Shown piece after piece: positions 10,042 through 20,620 of a stretch of 64,000 nt of DNA. The DNA is from Paramoeba atlantica. Taxonomy: Eukaryota > Protista > Discosea. Below the pieces are notes generated by a model. It saw only the letters and a program-made list of their open reading frames with translations, was not told the origin of the DNA and searched no databases. The stretch is taken from the NCBI GenBank assembly GCA_977017575.1, contig CDRNVI010000184.1:62001-126000 (forward strand). The letters are read 5' to 3'. The translations under genes and the position numbers were made by a program. How positions within the stretch are numbered: position 1 is the stretch's first letter; each line of letters starts with the position of its first letter.

Positions 10042-13000
10042 ATGGCTGCAAGTTGCCGTCCTCTGTTTATTTTGCTTCAAGAAACCCATGCCGCATCTGA
10101 AAAAGATCTCGATCATCTCAAGAATTGTTTGAGGAAATACTTGTGGTTCAAAGACCCCTTCTCGGAACAGAAGCGGGGCCTTGCCATTGGAGTCAGAAGA
10201 ATGGAAGGCCTTCATGATATAGAACCATACCCAATTGAAAGCTCTGAGAGTGGTTTGTTTGGACTGAGAACCAAGATTTTCAATACTGAATATGCTGTGA
10301 TGAATGTCTACCATCATTGCGATCTGAAACTTCCCTTTATGCAAGACCAAATCGGAAAGTTCTTCTCCAAAGATGGGCTGAACGTTCTGGGAGGTGACTT
10401 CAACTGGGATCTTAATGAACCCCCTTTTAAAGAGCTCGCAGAATCCTCTGAATCTTGGAATCTATCAAGACTGGGGTGGTCAGAACCAACCCATTTCCAA
10501 GGACAATGTATCGATCATGTCTTTATTCCCTCGAACGCTCCTAGTGAAAGGATTTTTGTTAATGCGATCCCTTCAGGTTTTAAGGACCATGCGATGATCA
10601 TAGGTGGAACTAGTATCAAAGAATGGGAGTTGAAATCTAACAAGAAGAGAATCCCTGAATACCTCATTAAAGATCCTAAATTCATTAATGCCCTCATTAA
10701 TGAAGTTGGGGACTATGTGGAAGGTGATCCTGTCAGTTGTCTTACTAAACTCAAGGAGAAGGCGTGGGAATTAGTCCCTCTATGGAAAGACAAAGGGAAA
10801 GAAGCTCACCTTTTCAAAGAACTATGGAAACTCCAGACAATCATCAAATGCCTTGCAAAAACCAGGATTTTAAGGAAAACTTCAGCCATACACTCTTTCT
10901 CTCCATTGGAACTCGAACTTCTTCATACAGCTGCGATAGGATGGAATGGCTCTCGAGATGACAAGAAATGGAGAATCAAAGCTATTCCTAGAATGATCAA
11001 AGCTGGGATGGATCGAACTGCAGTTCTCGAACAACAACTCGGAATTTTTGTGGATGAACACCCCTCACGCCCTGGTCGTAAATCTTCTCCCTGTGTTAAA
11101 GGTGTAATTGTAGATGGAGTGATCTCTCGTGATGATAATGTGGTAAAAAAAGCAATTAAGGACTTTTGGGAGAGCCTTCTCAGTACAGAAAGACCATATA
11201 ACAAGGATTCTCTTGATGAACTGATTGCTGACCATCATCCTCGCTTTCCCCCAGTTGAGAGACATGATGTTGACAGGAAGAAAGTTGATAAACTTCTTCA
11301 GAGAACCAATAACACCAGCGCAGGACCCGATGGTATCCCTTTCTCTTTATATAAGGCAACACAAGAAAAGTATTTTGACATGTGGGTGGAATTAATTCAA
11401 CAAGTGGGTGAGATTATGGAGTTCCCCCCCTCTTTTGGTGAGAGCCAACTCTGTTTGATTCCCAAAGTCAAGAATATCCCCCGCCCTGACCAATTTCGAC
11501 CAATCAGTGTTACCAATTCAGATTATTGGATTGTGATGAGATATTGGGCAAAATGGTTGATGGAGATTGCAAGTGGAGTAATTTCTAAAGAACAGCATGC
11601 GATGTTTAAGGGGAGGTCAATTGACAAAGCAGTGGAATCAGTGTATGACTCTTTCTACGAAGCTCTGGCAGAAGGGAAAGATGTGACCCTCCTCCAAACA
11701 GACTTTTGCAAGACATATGATTATGTGAATCGTGATGCACTTCTTCATATTCTCAAAGGTTTGAATGCCCCCCCTCAAGCGATCTATGTTGTTGAGAAGG
11801 TGCTCCGAGAATCTATAACCTGGCTGCCAAATATTGGTGGATCCAAGAGGGGAGGCAACAATGAATCAATCCAAAGTCAAACTGGTGTCAGACAAGGATG
11901 TCTGATCTCCCCCCTTTTGTTTGTAATTGTATTTGACATCCTCCTGGTGAGCCTGAAGAAGGAATACAACCCCCAAGACCTATCAGGCTTTATGGATGAC
12001 TTGGGGATGGTGATTCAGAAAGCTGAAACCATCAATTCTCTCACTCCAACCTTCAAGAAATATGAAGAAGCGACTGGAGCTAAACTGAATTTTAATAAGT
12101 GCTTTGTCCTCTCAACTGAGTCTTTCAAACCTGTAGGCCCCTGGGCTGAGATGGCAAGATCCAATTACTGTGGGGATGAAACTGTATATCTGGGAGTGAG
12201 GTTGAGTAAATGGTTATCTCCTCTTAAGGATTGGGAGAAAGTGATCCTAAAGATGAAGAAAGTTGGAGCAGCAATCAAAAAAAGGGGTGGCAATTTTCGC
12301 TCGAGAGTAAGGATGGTCAATACCTATCTAACTCCATGCATGGGATATTTAGCGAGATTCAAACTGATTCCAAAATCTGTCGCCTCCTTGATGTGGAAGT
12401 CCATCCACTCAGCTCTGGGTGCCTATGCCAACACAAAAACCTCCATTCTTACCTTATGCTATCCTCCCTTGGACTCAAACCCCCAACTGCGCCATCCTAT
12501 TGTTTTTAACTGGGCCCTCCTCACTTCTCGTCCACCAATGAGGAGCAATTATTGGAGTCCTCTTTCCATTGGAGCCATGCGAAAGGATGCCCTTTTTGCA
12601 GCCCAAAGCCTCTCTGCCAAAGTTGTGTTTGGTCAGGCCACTCGAGTTGCTTATTCCAATATGTCTCGAGTGATCCCCATTGAAATCAAAGATCTGTATG
12701 TGGGTGAAGGAAGAGCTGAGTGTGTGGTGTACAACTTGGCACATGCAATTAGGCCCCAACTTAAGAGGAATTTGATTAAGTTCCTAATAAGAGGGCTGCC
12801 TACAAGAGACAAGTTGGCTCACTTCACAAACCAAAACTCAAGTTGCCGACTCTGCCACCGTGAAAAGGAGTCACGATCTCATCTTTTGGAGGAATGTTCT
12901 GTGGCTGAGGGCCTCCTCCAAGCAATGGGAAGGAAATGTATTTTGTTGAATGTACCCAGCTGGCAAGAAACTAAGAATGTGTGTGGCCTTGTCTCAAATT

Positions 13001-13737
13001 TTCTCACCAGACAAGAAACCTCTGTGGTGAGTGTTGCCCTGTTGAGTTTGTGGCTCACAGTGTGTGCAGAAGGATCGAAATCACCCCAGTATGCTACTGA
13101 AATCTTTGAAAAAATCTTGAGAAAGAACAAAATCCTCCCTTGGCCCCCAAGAACCCAAACAAAGAAAGGAACCAAAGAGAAGGAAAGTTTTAAATTTAAA
13201 GGCTTTCAAGTGTTTTATGACGGTTCAGGCCGTACAGACCCTCATCTGGGGGGTGCGGGCTTTGCAGTTTTCAGGGAAGGGAAAGAGATTTGTGGTGGGT
13301 TTGAAACCATCCCTCTTGGGTCCAACAATATTGGTGAATTTACAGGCTGTTTGAAAGGAATGCAATGTGCCAGATCAATGATGAATGAGATTGAAGTTGT
13401 CAGGGATTGTATGATTCTCACCAAGGCTGCACCCAAAACCCATGCCATCAAAAACTATGCCTTGAATGAACTACTTTGTGAAATCCGTAAGTTAGCAATG
13501 TGCTTTGATGAGATAGAATTCATCCATGTACCCCGAGAACTTAACAAGCAAGCTGATGCAATTGCAACTGCTGCAAGTTGGTCTAAAGAGGATGGAACAT
13601 GTGCTGTGAATGACCATCATTGGGATCCAAGATCACAACATGTTGCAGAAACCAGTGAAGAGTGGATTATTTTGAATTCAACCCTGTGCCCCTCACCCAT
13701 GACTGGACTTTCCCCATCCCCCCAGGGAATTTTGTAA
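10042..13737 (+). CDS. LINE-A ORF2: APE endonuclease, reverse transcriptase, CCHC finger, C-terminal RNase H (true start probably 9748, with one premature TGA at 10039-10041)
   Basis: Motifs LQETH, GDFNWD, IDHVF, SAGPDG, FRPIS, LQTDF, GVRQGCLISPLLF, GFMDD, YLGV, CRLC..SHLLEEC, FYDGS..NNIGEF..DCMIL..HVPRELNKQAD. SWNING lies in the in-frame upstream piece 9748-10041. Confidence 0.95.
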   Translation: MAASCRPLFILLQETHAASEKDLDHLKNCLRKYLWFKDPFSEQKRGLAIGVRRMEGLHDIEPYPIESSESGLFGLRTKIFNTEYAVMNVYHHCDLKLPFMQDQIGKFFSKDGLNVLGGDFNWDLNEPPFKELAESSESWNLSRLGWSEPTHFQGQCIDHVFIPSNAPSERIFVNAIPSGFKDHAMIIGGTSIKEWELKSNKKRIPEYLIKDPKFINALINEVGDYVEGDPVSCLTKLKEKAWELVPLWKDKGKEAHLFKELWKLQTIIKCLAKTRILRKTSAIHSFSPLELELLHTAAIGWNGSRDDKKWRIKAIPRMIKAGMDRTAVLEQQLGIFVDEHPSRPGRKSSPCVKGVIVDGVISRDDNVVKKAIKDFWESLLSTERPYNKDSLDELIADHHPRFPPVERHDVDRKKVDKLLQRTNNTSAGPDGIPFSLYKATQEKYFDMWVELIQQVGEIMEFPPSFGESQLCLIPKVKNIPRPDQFRPISVTNSDYWIVMRYWAKWLMEIASGVISKEQHAMFKGRSIDKAVESVYDSFYEALAEGKDVTLLQTDFCKTYDYVNRDALLHILKGLNAPPQAIYVVEKVLRESITWLPNIGGSKRGGNNESIQSQTGVRQGCLISPLLFVIVFDILLVSLKKEYNPQDLSGFMDDLGMVIQKAETINSLTPTFKKYEEATGAKLNFNKCFVLSTESFKPVGPWAEMARSNYCGDETVYLGVRLSKWLSPLKDWEKVILKMKKVGAAIKKRGGNFRSRVRMVNTYLTPCMGYLARFKLIPKSVASLMWKSIHSALGAYANTKTSILTLCYPPLDSNPQLRHPIVFNWALLTSRPPMRSNYWSPLSIGAMRKDALFAAQSLSAKVVFGQATRVAYSNMSRVIPIEIKDLYVGEGRAECVVYNLAHAIRPQLKRNLIKFLIRGLPTRDKLAHFTNQNSSCRLCHREKESRSHLLEECSVAEGLLQAMGRKCILLNVPSWQETKNVCGLVSNFLTRQETSVVSVALLSLWLTVCAEGSKSPQYATEIFEKILRKNKILPWPPRTQTKKGTKEKESFKFKGFQVFYDGSGRTDPHLGGAGFAVFREGKEICGGFETIPLGSNNIGEFTGCLKGMQCARSMMNEIEVVRDCMILTKAAPKTHAIKNYALNELLCEIRKLAMCFDEIEFIHVPRELNKQADAIATAASWSKEDGTCAVNDHHWDPRSQHVAETSEEWIILNSTLCPSPMTGLSPSPQGIL

Positions 13738-14189
13738 GGAAATTCCAAGGAAACACGGTGACAACCCCCCATGTTTTGTTTCCGGCCCAAACTGCTCTTG
13801 AGAATGCTCTAATTCTCCCTGTAATAATTACTAAAGATATCCAAGGATGGTTCCATCAGTTCCAAGAGAGCAATCTGGTGAGGAGCTTTATTGAGGAAGA
13901 TTTTTGAAGGAATGTAATTAACTTCATAGAAACCTCCAAACCGAATTCACTCCCTGGTTTTAGAAGGCGAACAATCAAACACAGACCCCTTAGTGAGAAC
14001 TAAAGTTGGTAAAGAAACTCCAATGCATCCCATGCTGAAGAGATCTTTGGATCTAACTCTTAATTTATCTTCCCTCCCCCCCCCCTTTCTTCCCCCCTCT
14101 TTTCCATCCTAGAGATGGTTTTTTAACTCTAATAAATGGCACCTGGTGTCTGAACCTTAAAAAAAAAAAAAAGACTCTCTCACCTTCAA

Positions 14190-15689
14190 GATTTTCAACA
14201 CAAAATGGATCAGCAATCAATTTGTAAATCTTGATGAAATCCACAGTCTTGAGGATCTCTACAGCCTTTGAAACATTTTTGGTGCTTCAACCCCTCTAGA
14301 GGTGGCAGAAACTCAGGCAATACAAGATTTACAGAAGCTGAAACCTGAGGATTTCAAAACCCGTGTAGACTACAATTGGGCCTTCCTCAATTTTGCCAAC
14401 AAAACAAAATCACCAGTTAAAGATGTCCAAAAGATTTATGCTGGGAAGCTCCCTTTCAGCCCTAATGAGGTGTCAAGAATAGTAAAATACAATTCAGGGA
14501 ACAACATGAAATTTATGGAATGGTTGAAGAACAAGGAGTATGTGGACAGAGTGTAGCAGAAAGCAAAATCAGAATCCAAGTCTTCAAGCTCAAGGAACAG
14601 GGATCCTGACCAACATGCAGTGGTGAACACTCTTTTGAAACAGTCAAATGCAATGCAAGCAGTTTTGCAGAAGGGGACCCCTTTTCAATGTTCATTTTGC
14701 GGGCTGTCACAACATTCCACCTCAAATTGTCAGTACAAGGCAAATATTGAGACTCTCTAAAAACAACAAATACAACAAGTGCAACAAGCTTTTCAGCAAC
14801 AAATCCAACAATCTTCTCAGCAACAATTTCAACAATCTCTGGCACAACAATTTCCCCAAGGACAATTTCAACAATCTCTGGTATAACAATTTCCCCAAGG
14901 ACAATTTCAACAATCTCCTGTGCAACAGTTTCCAACAGTTCTATCTGCATCCTGGTCAAGTAGACAACCAAACTCTTTTCAACCTCCAACAGGAAGAGGG
15001 AGGATTTGTGACTTTTGTGGGAAATCTAGACATGATGTGGAAGATTGTTACTCATGATGCTGAGGCCAGGGCCAAGGATGTGGTAGAGGTCAGTTTGGTT
15101 CTTTTCAAGGGAAGTGCTTCACATGTGGTGCTTTGGGACATAAGGCCATGCATTGTCTGAAATCTGGTGCAGCTGGACCTCTATTTGAAAACACACCCCT
15201 GACAACAGCATTAACCCAACAAAATCCAAGACAAGCTGGCATCTTACCAACACCCCAAGCTGTAACACATCAACCACCTGAGTTTCGGAATCCAAGCACA
15301 ACTGTGGGAGCAATCCAACCAACCCCTGGTACAACATTTCTTCCTATACAACCAACTGGGACCAACAATACTCCTGTCACACCTCATCAGGCAATACAAT
15401 ACCAACAACCTCAGGGAGCCTTACCACAACTTGAGCAAGCTCTTACTCAATCTCAACCACCAGCATCACAACCTCAATCCCACACTCTTGCTCAATTACA
15501 ACAACTTCTCCTTGATTCCCAACAAACAACCAGTTGACTCAATCCTCAAATTCTTCAAAGGCAACAACAACTAATTTTGGATCAAACACAACAACAGCAA
15601 CAGTTACAGGGACAGCAACCTCAACAACCTCAAACTCAATCAACAGAATAGGATTTTCGGCCTGAGGGCACAGGGGACACCCCTTCATA
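14190..15689 (+). pseudogene. gag: Gypsy-1 gag, C-terminal part with three CX2CX4HX4C knuckles and Q-rich repeats
   Basis: CSFCGLSQHSTSNC (14689-14730), CDFCGKSRHDVEDC (15007-15048), CFTCGALGHKAMHC (15115-15156); stops are mostly TGA, consistent with CGA decay. Confidence 0.85.
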
Positions 15690-15690
15690 A
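15651..15690 (+). promoter_or_regulatory. Putative gag-pol -1 ribosomal frameshift signal (G GAT TTT plus downstream GC-rich hairpin)
   Basis: The heptamer is in correct register in the gag frame, and the -1 frame is the protease frame (15963 ORF). AGGGG-aca-CCCCT hairpin at about 15672-15684. Confidence 0.6.
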
Positions 15691-18600
15691 AATCTCCTCA
15701 TTTAGCTTTCACAGATTTTGTACAATTCTCTCAACAATCTTCTTTTGGGTTTTCTCAATTTTCTCAGCTCTCTCAACTGGTTCAACAAGTTCCTCAACAA
15801 CCTTCTCTTGAATCTCTGCAATTCTCTCAATCTACTCAACCTGCTCAACAAATTCCTCAACAATCCTCTCTCAAATCTTCTCAACTCTCTCAACCTTCTC
15901 AATCTCCTCTTTTGGTTTCTCAACAATCTTGATGTCAAACCTCTCAATTTCCCCAATCTGAAGTGCAACTTCCCCTGACTTGTGCTGCACCACCTGCTCA
16001 ACCAAATCTCCAATTAAAGGACTCACAAGTTAAGACACAATCTGTTTCAGTGATTCAAGGCCCTCCCAACCTAGTGGAAGTGACAAAACAAAGAGAAGAA
16101 GCAGAAAACCACCTCGAAATTGATGTGGTTGAACTTAACACTGATATGCCCTTATTGGTGAAAGGAAAATTGGGGAACAAAGAAGTGGTGTTTGCAATCA
16201 ATTCTGGAGTGACAGTTGACTGCATTAGTGGTGATTTTTACCAGAAACATTTTAATCACTTAACCTTAGAAAAAGTGAGACATTTGAGTCAATTTCTCTC
16301 TGCTGGTGGTGATGCTTTACAATGTTTGGGGAGAGTAGCCTTGCCAGTTGTTTTGGGATCTGTGAAGAGGAACATTTATTTTTCTGTCTTGAACAATTTG
16401 ACTTTGGATGTGATTTTGGGTCTGAGTTACCAAGTTGATGTGTTTGGATATTATGAACAGCCGTGGATTTGTGATTCCTCATGGTGGTATTCCTGTTCCC
16501 TTCTCTGTGAAAAAGAAAAAGGAAACTGTCATTGCAAGTGTGGTTCCCAATCCTCGACCTGTTGCTCTTCTTTACCCACAAGCTGTGAAAATCCCACCCT
16601 GTTCAAGAAGAGTTGTGAAATTGAAAGTTTCTGAAAAAATGTCCAAAGATACAAATTACCAAGGAGAAAGTGATGGTTATGTCATGCCAGTCCATAGATA
16701 TTGTTGAGATCTCATACTCCAAGAGGGCCTAGTAAGAATGGAGGGTGGAGAATCTTGTTGCCATTTCGAATCCTTGCTTTTGAGAAGTCCGATTGGACAA
16801 TTCCAAGCCAATTGCTCATGTTGTTTATTGTGAGAAAAGTGATTTTAACAACATCATAATTACTGAGATTCCAGACTCCAATCTTTTCCAAGAGCACACC
16901 CCTGAGTCCATTGATGATCCTAATGAGATTAGTCCCATTGATGATTTCAAGAATTTGAAGAGTGTACTGGTGGAAGATGATGATGATGAAATGACTTTGG
17001 AAGATACCAATATTCTGAATGCAATTCTTGTCAAAAGAGCCACTGCTGCCAGAGATAGGAGTGACAAGGGTGTTACAAAGGAAGAATTGGAAGATTTTCG
17101 TGCTGATTTTCTGAAGATCCTAAATGAATTCAAACTGGAGGGTTGTGTTTTGAAGCCTGACAAGTTGAAAAAGTTGATGCAAACCTTGATAGACTATGAG
17201 GATGTTTGGACTAAACAAGAGAAACTCCAAAGAACAACCTTAGCCAAACACCCAATCGAGGTGGAACCTGGCACCCAACCAATCAGAGAAAGAGTGAGGA
17301 AGATGACTTTTGCTCAAGACCAATTGATTCATGGCCATATTTCAGATATGCACAAAAGATTTATTGAGAAAGTCTTGGATGGAATGCTTTGGGATTGTTG
17401 TATGGTTTATGTTGATGACATTGTTATTTTCTCCCAAACAAAAGAAGAGCACATCAAAAAAATCAAACAATTGCTTCAGAGATTGCAAGATGTGGGCCTT
17501 ATGGTGAATACTAAGAAATGTTCATTTGCTCAACTTGAATTCAAGATTCTCAGACACATCTGTTCTGGTGATGGTGTTTCTCCAAATCCTAAGAAGGTGT
17601 CTGCAATTCTTGATTACCCAATGCCAGAGGATCAACCTGCCTTGCACTGATTTTTGGGACTTGTTACCTGGGTTGCAAAATTTATTCAGAATACTTCATC
17701 AAAAACAATTAATCTCTGAAAGTTGTTGCATGGGAAAGAGCCTTTCAAGATGGAAGAAGATCACATTGAGGAATTTGAATCTATCAAGAAAGCTTTGGCA
17801 GAACCTCCCATGTTGGCTTACCCTGAATTTGAGAAACCTTTCCATGTTCATGTTGATGCCAGCAAGAACGGTTTGGGCACAATCCTTACTCAGTTGGATG
17901 AAAATGAACATCACAGAGTGATTGCCTTTGCAAGTGCTCTCCTCAAAGTTGCACAGAAGAAGACAACAGCTTCTGTTTTGGAATGTATTGGTGTTGTTTG
18001 GGCTGTTACTTATTTCAGACAGTATGTCCATGGGTGCTCTTTCTATGTGTATACAGACCATTTGGCTTTGGTGACAACATTTAAGACTCCTTCAACAAGT
18101 CAGACACTTGACAAATTAGCCACTCACCTGTTGGGTTATGATATGCATATTATGCATGCTTCTGGAAGTAAAATGACCAGTCCTGATGCATTGAGTTGAG
18201 CCAATTATGTGAAATATGAAGGTGATCCTCCTGAATATTGTGGGAAGATTGGTGATTTGCCTCTTCAATTTCCAGGCCAAAGAACTGATGTGGATGAACA
18301 AATTGGTAACCTCAGAGGAAAACTGAACTGTACAGTTAACTCTATTGTGGAAAATCAGCCAATAATGGGATATGATTTGGTGGTGAGAACTTCAAGTGAT
18401 GGAAGTTGTACAGAGTGGATATTTGAACCTGTCTCAGAGAAGAAAAGTGGTATGATGGTGAATGCAATTTCTGCAAAGAAACCAAGAAGAAAAAAGTCAA
18501 TCCAGTTGGAAGAATTGAGAGATAAACCATTAGAAGAAACTTCTTGCTCTCCAGAACTTGTTGGGTCTTCTAAACCTGTTTATAGTAGCAAGAAAGATGA

Positions 18601-20488
18601 TATTCGAAAACTTGGGGAAAGAAGTCTGTGCATTCAAGATTTGAGAGTAAAAGTTGGCCCTAGGAAATGCAAGATTCAGGATTTGGGTGTCCAGAGGCCA
18701 ACAACAAACCAAGAGTCCTCAGGTCAATCATACTCTGAACTCCAGATAATTGAGGATTTAAGTTCAACTGAATTGGGGATTATGAATGGCTCTTTGACTA
18801 GACCCTTTGTTTGATCTAATGAAGGAAAATGAGATGAATCAAGGGTCTGACAGGAATCCTGCTTTGGGTGATGGAGACTGTATTTCAGTCAATCCAGTTT
18901 CTGTTCTCCAAGCACATAAGGAATCCAATGTTGATGAGGACTCAAGGGAAGTTGAAATGGATGCTCAAGTCGATTGGAAACATTCTGGGAAACGATATGA
19001 GATAGACAGAAGAGAATTTGTGTTTGGCACAGCCCCTCTCCCAGGTTTGAGAGTGGAAGACAAAGTCCTGGGACCAGCAGTTCAAGAATCATTGTGTGAT
19101 TTGAAAAAGAAAACCCATGTTGATGGTATGAAATGGTGTCCATCTGGTGGAGATGGATGTAGAAGCCTATCCGATGATGGTAGCCATTCTGTTGAGACAA
19201 GCGATAAGCCTGAGAGTGTCAATATTCATGATGTACAAACCCCTGCTGGTTTCAATTCTGAAAATTGTTCTTCTCAGTTGGTTAGTGGAGATCCTGATAC
19301 TCAAAATCTTTATGAGAATCCTATATGAATGTGTTGTCTGAGCCCTGCCAGCCTGTCCAGGAATCTTCCGAAACCATGACTCACAGATTGAGAACTAAAA
19401 AACAGAAGGAGAGAGTGAAAAGTAAAGGAATGGAGATAAGTGAAGAAGAACAAGATTCAGAATCAGGAAAAGGAAAAGATTCAGAAGAGGAAAGTGAAAC
19501 TAACAAACCATTAACAGATTACAAGAGCAAACACCCATCAGAATTCTTAATAGATGATAGGAAACTAATCAAAGAACAGGATAAGGATAACTGGATCAAA
19601 TCAATTAAGAGAAGATTGGAAACAGGAAAATGGCCAAAAGATAAGAATGAAAAGAACAGATTGCAGAGAAAGGAAGGAGATTTTTACCTTGCAGATAGGA
19701 TTCTCAGAAAAGTAGATCCAAGTGTCCTCCCAAATGCACTTCCACCAGCAGTACTTCTTGACCATTTAATAGGTGCAGCACTTCTCCAATTTCATGTTGA
19801 CCCAATCACTGGACATTTTGGAGGTTTATTAACTTACTTAAAAATCAAATCCAGATTCTATTTCCCAAAAATGTACACTGTGGTATGACAATTTTGCAGA
19901 ACTTGCCTAACTTGCCAACTCAACAAAACTGGAAGAGTGGACCAACCTCCAGCTGGAGAAGAAATAGAATCAGAGGGATTTCCAGGAATCATTTTGCATG
20001 TTAATAACACCCAAGTCAGCAGGACAACCTAAGGCAACAATCACATTCTAAATATTTCAGACAGGTTCACAAAATTTCACAGATTCAATGCAACAAAAGG
20101 AGTTTTGGCCATTCTTACTGCAAACAAACTGCTGGATTATGTCTGTACTTTTGACTGCCCAGTGAAGATTATTTCAGATCAGGGACATGAATTTGATGCA
20201 AAACTGACCACTGAGTTTGGAAAGATGATGGGAGTGAACCTGAAATGCACAACTAGTTTCAACCCAAGAGCAAATGGAGCAGTTGAGAGACCCTGAAGAA
20301 CACTCAAGGACATGTTCAAAGCTTATGTTAACACAAGACAGGATAATTGGAACACATTCTTACCGCTTTTGCAGCTTGCATTCAACACCACCCAGAGTTC
20401 AACAACAAATTTCACTCCTTATTTTCTAATGTTTGCAAGACAGGCCATATTACCCTTGGAAGTCACAACTTTGTGAGATGTACCAGGA

Positions 20489-20620
20489 GTTGAGATAACA
20501 AAAATACTTGCTGAAAGAGGTAATGAGAAAAAAGAATATTTAGTTGAATGGTTAGGTTATGGCCAAAAGAAGAATTCATGGGTTGGAGCAGCTTCATTGA
20601 AAGGAAATCATCTTCTTTTC
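20489..20620 (+). other. Chromodomain at the Gypsy-1 integrase C-terminus
   Basis: VEITKILAER..KEYLVEWLGYGQKKNSWV matches the chromodomain consensus. Confidence 0.85.

Larger units (their letters stand above)
7595..14172 (+). mobile_element. LINE-A copy 1, full-length ~6.6-kb L1-like non-LTR retrotransposon
   Basis: Perfect 17-bp TSD gactctctcaccttcaa (7578-7594 / 14173-14189); 5' oligo(A), ORF1, ORF2, AATAAA at 14131 and A-tail. Confidence 0.97.

Noticed and set aside
8005-13451. Short ORFs overlapping or antisense to LINE and Gypsy coding regions
   Set aside because: Shadow frames of the TE ORFs; they recur only because the elements are repeated.
16560-16830. dUTPase between PR and RT
   Set aside because: There is a beta-rich spacer of the kind common in Gypsy pol, but none of the five dUTPase motifs is recognisable.
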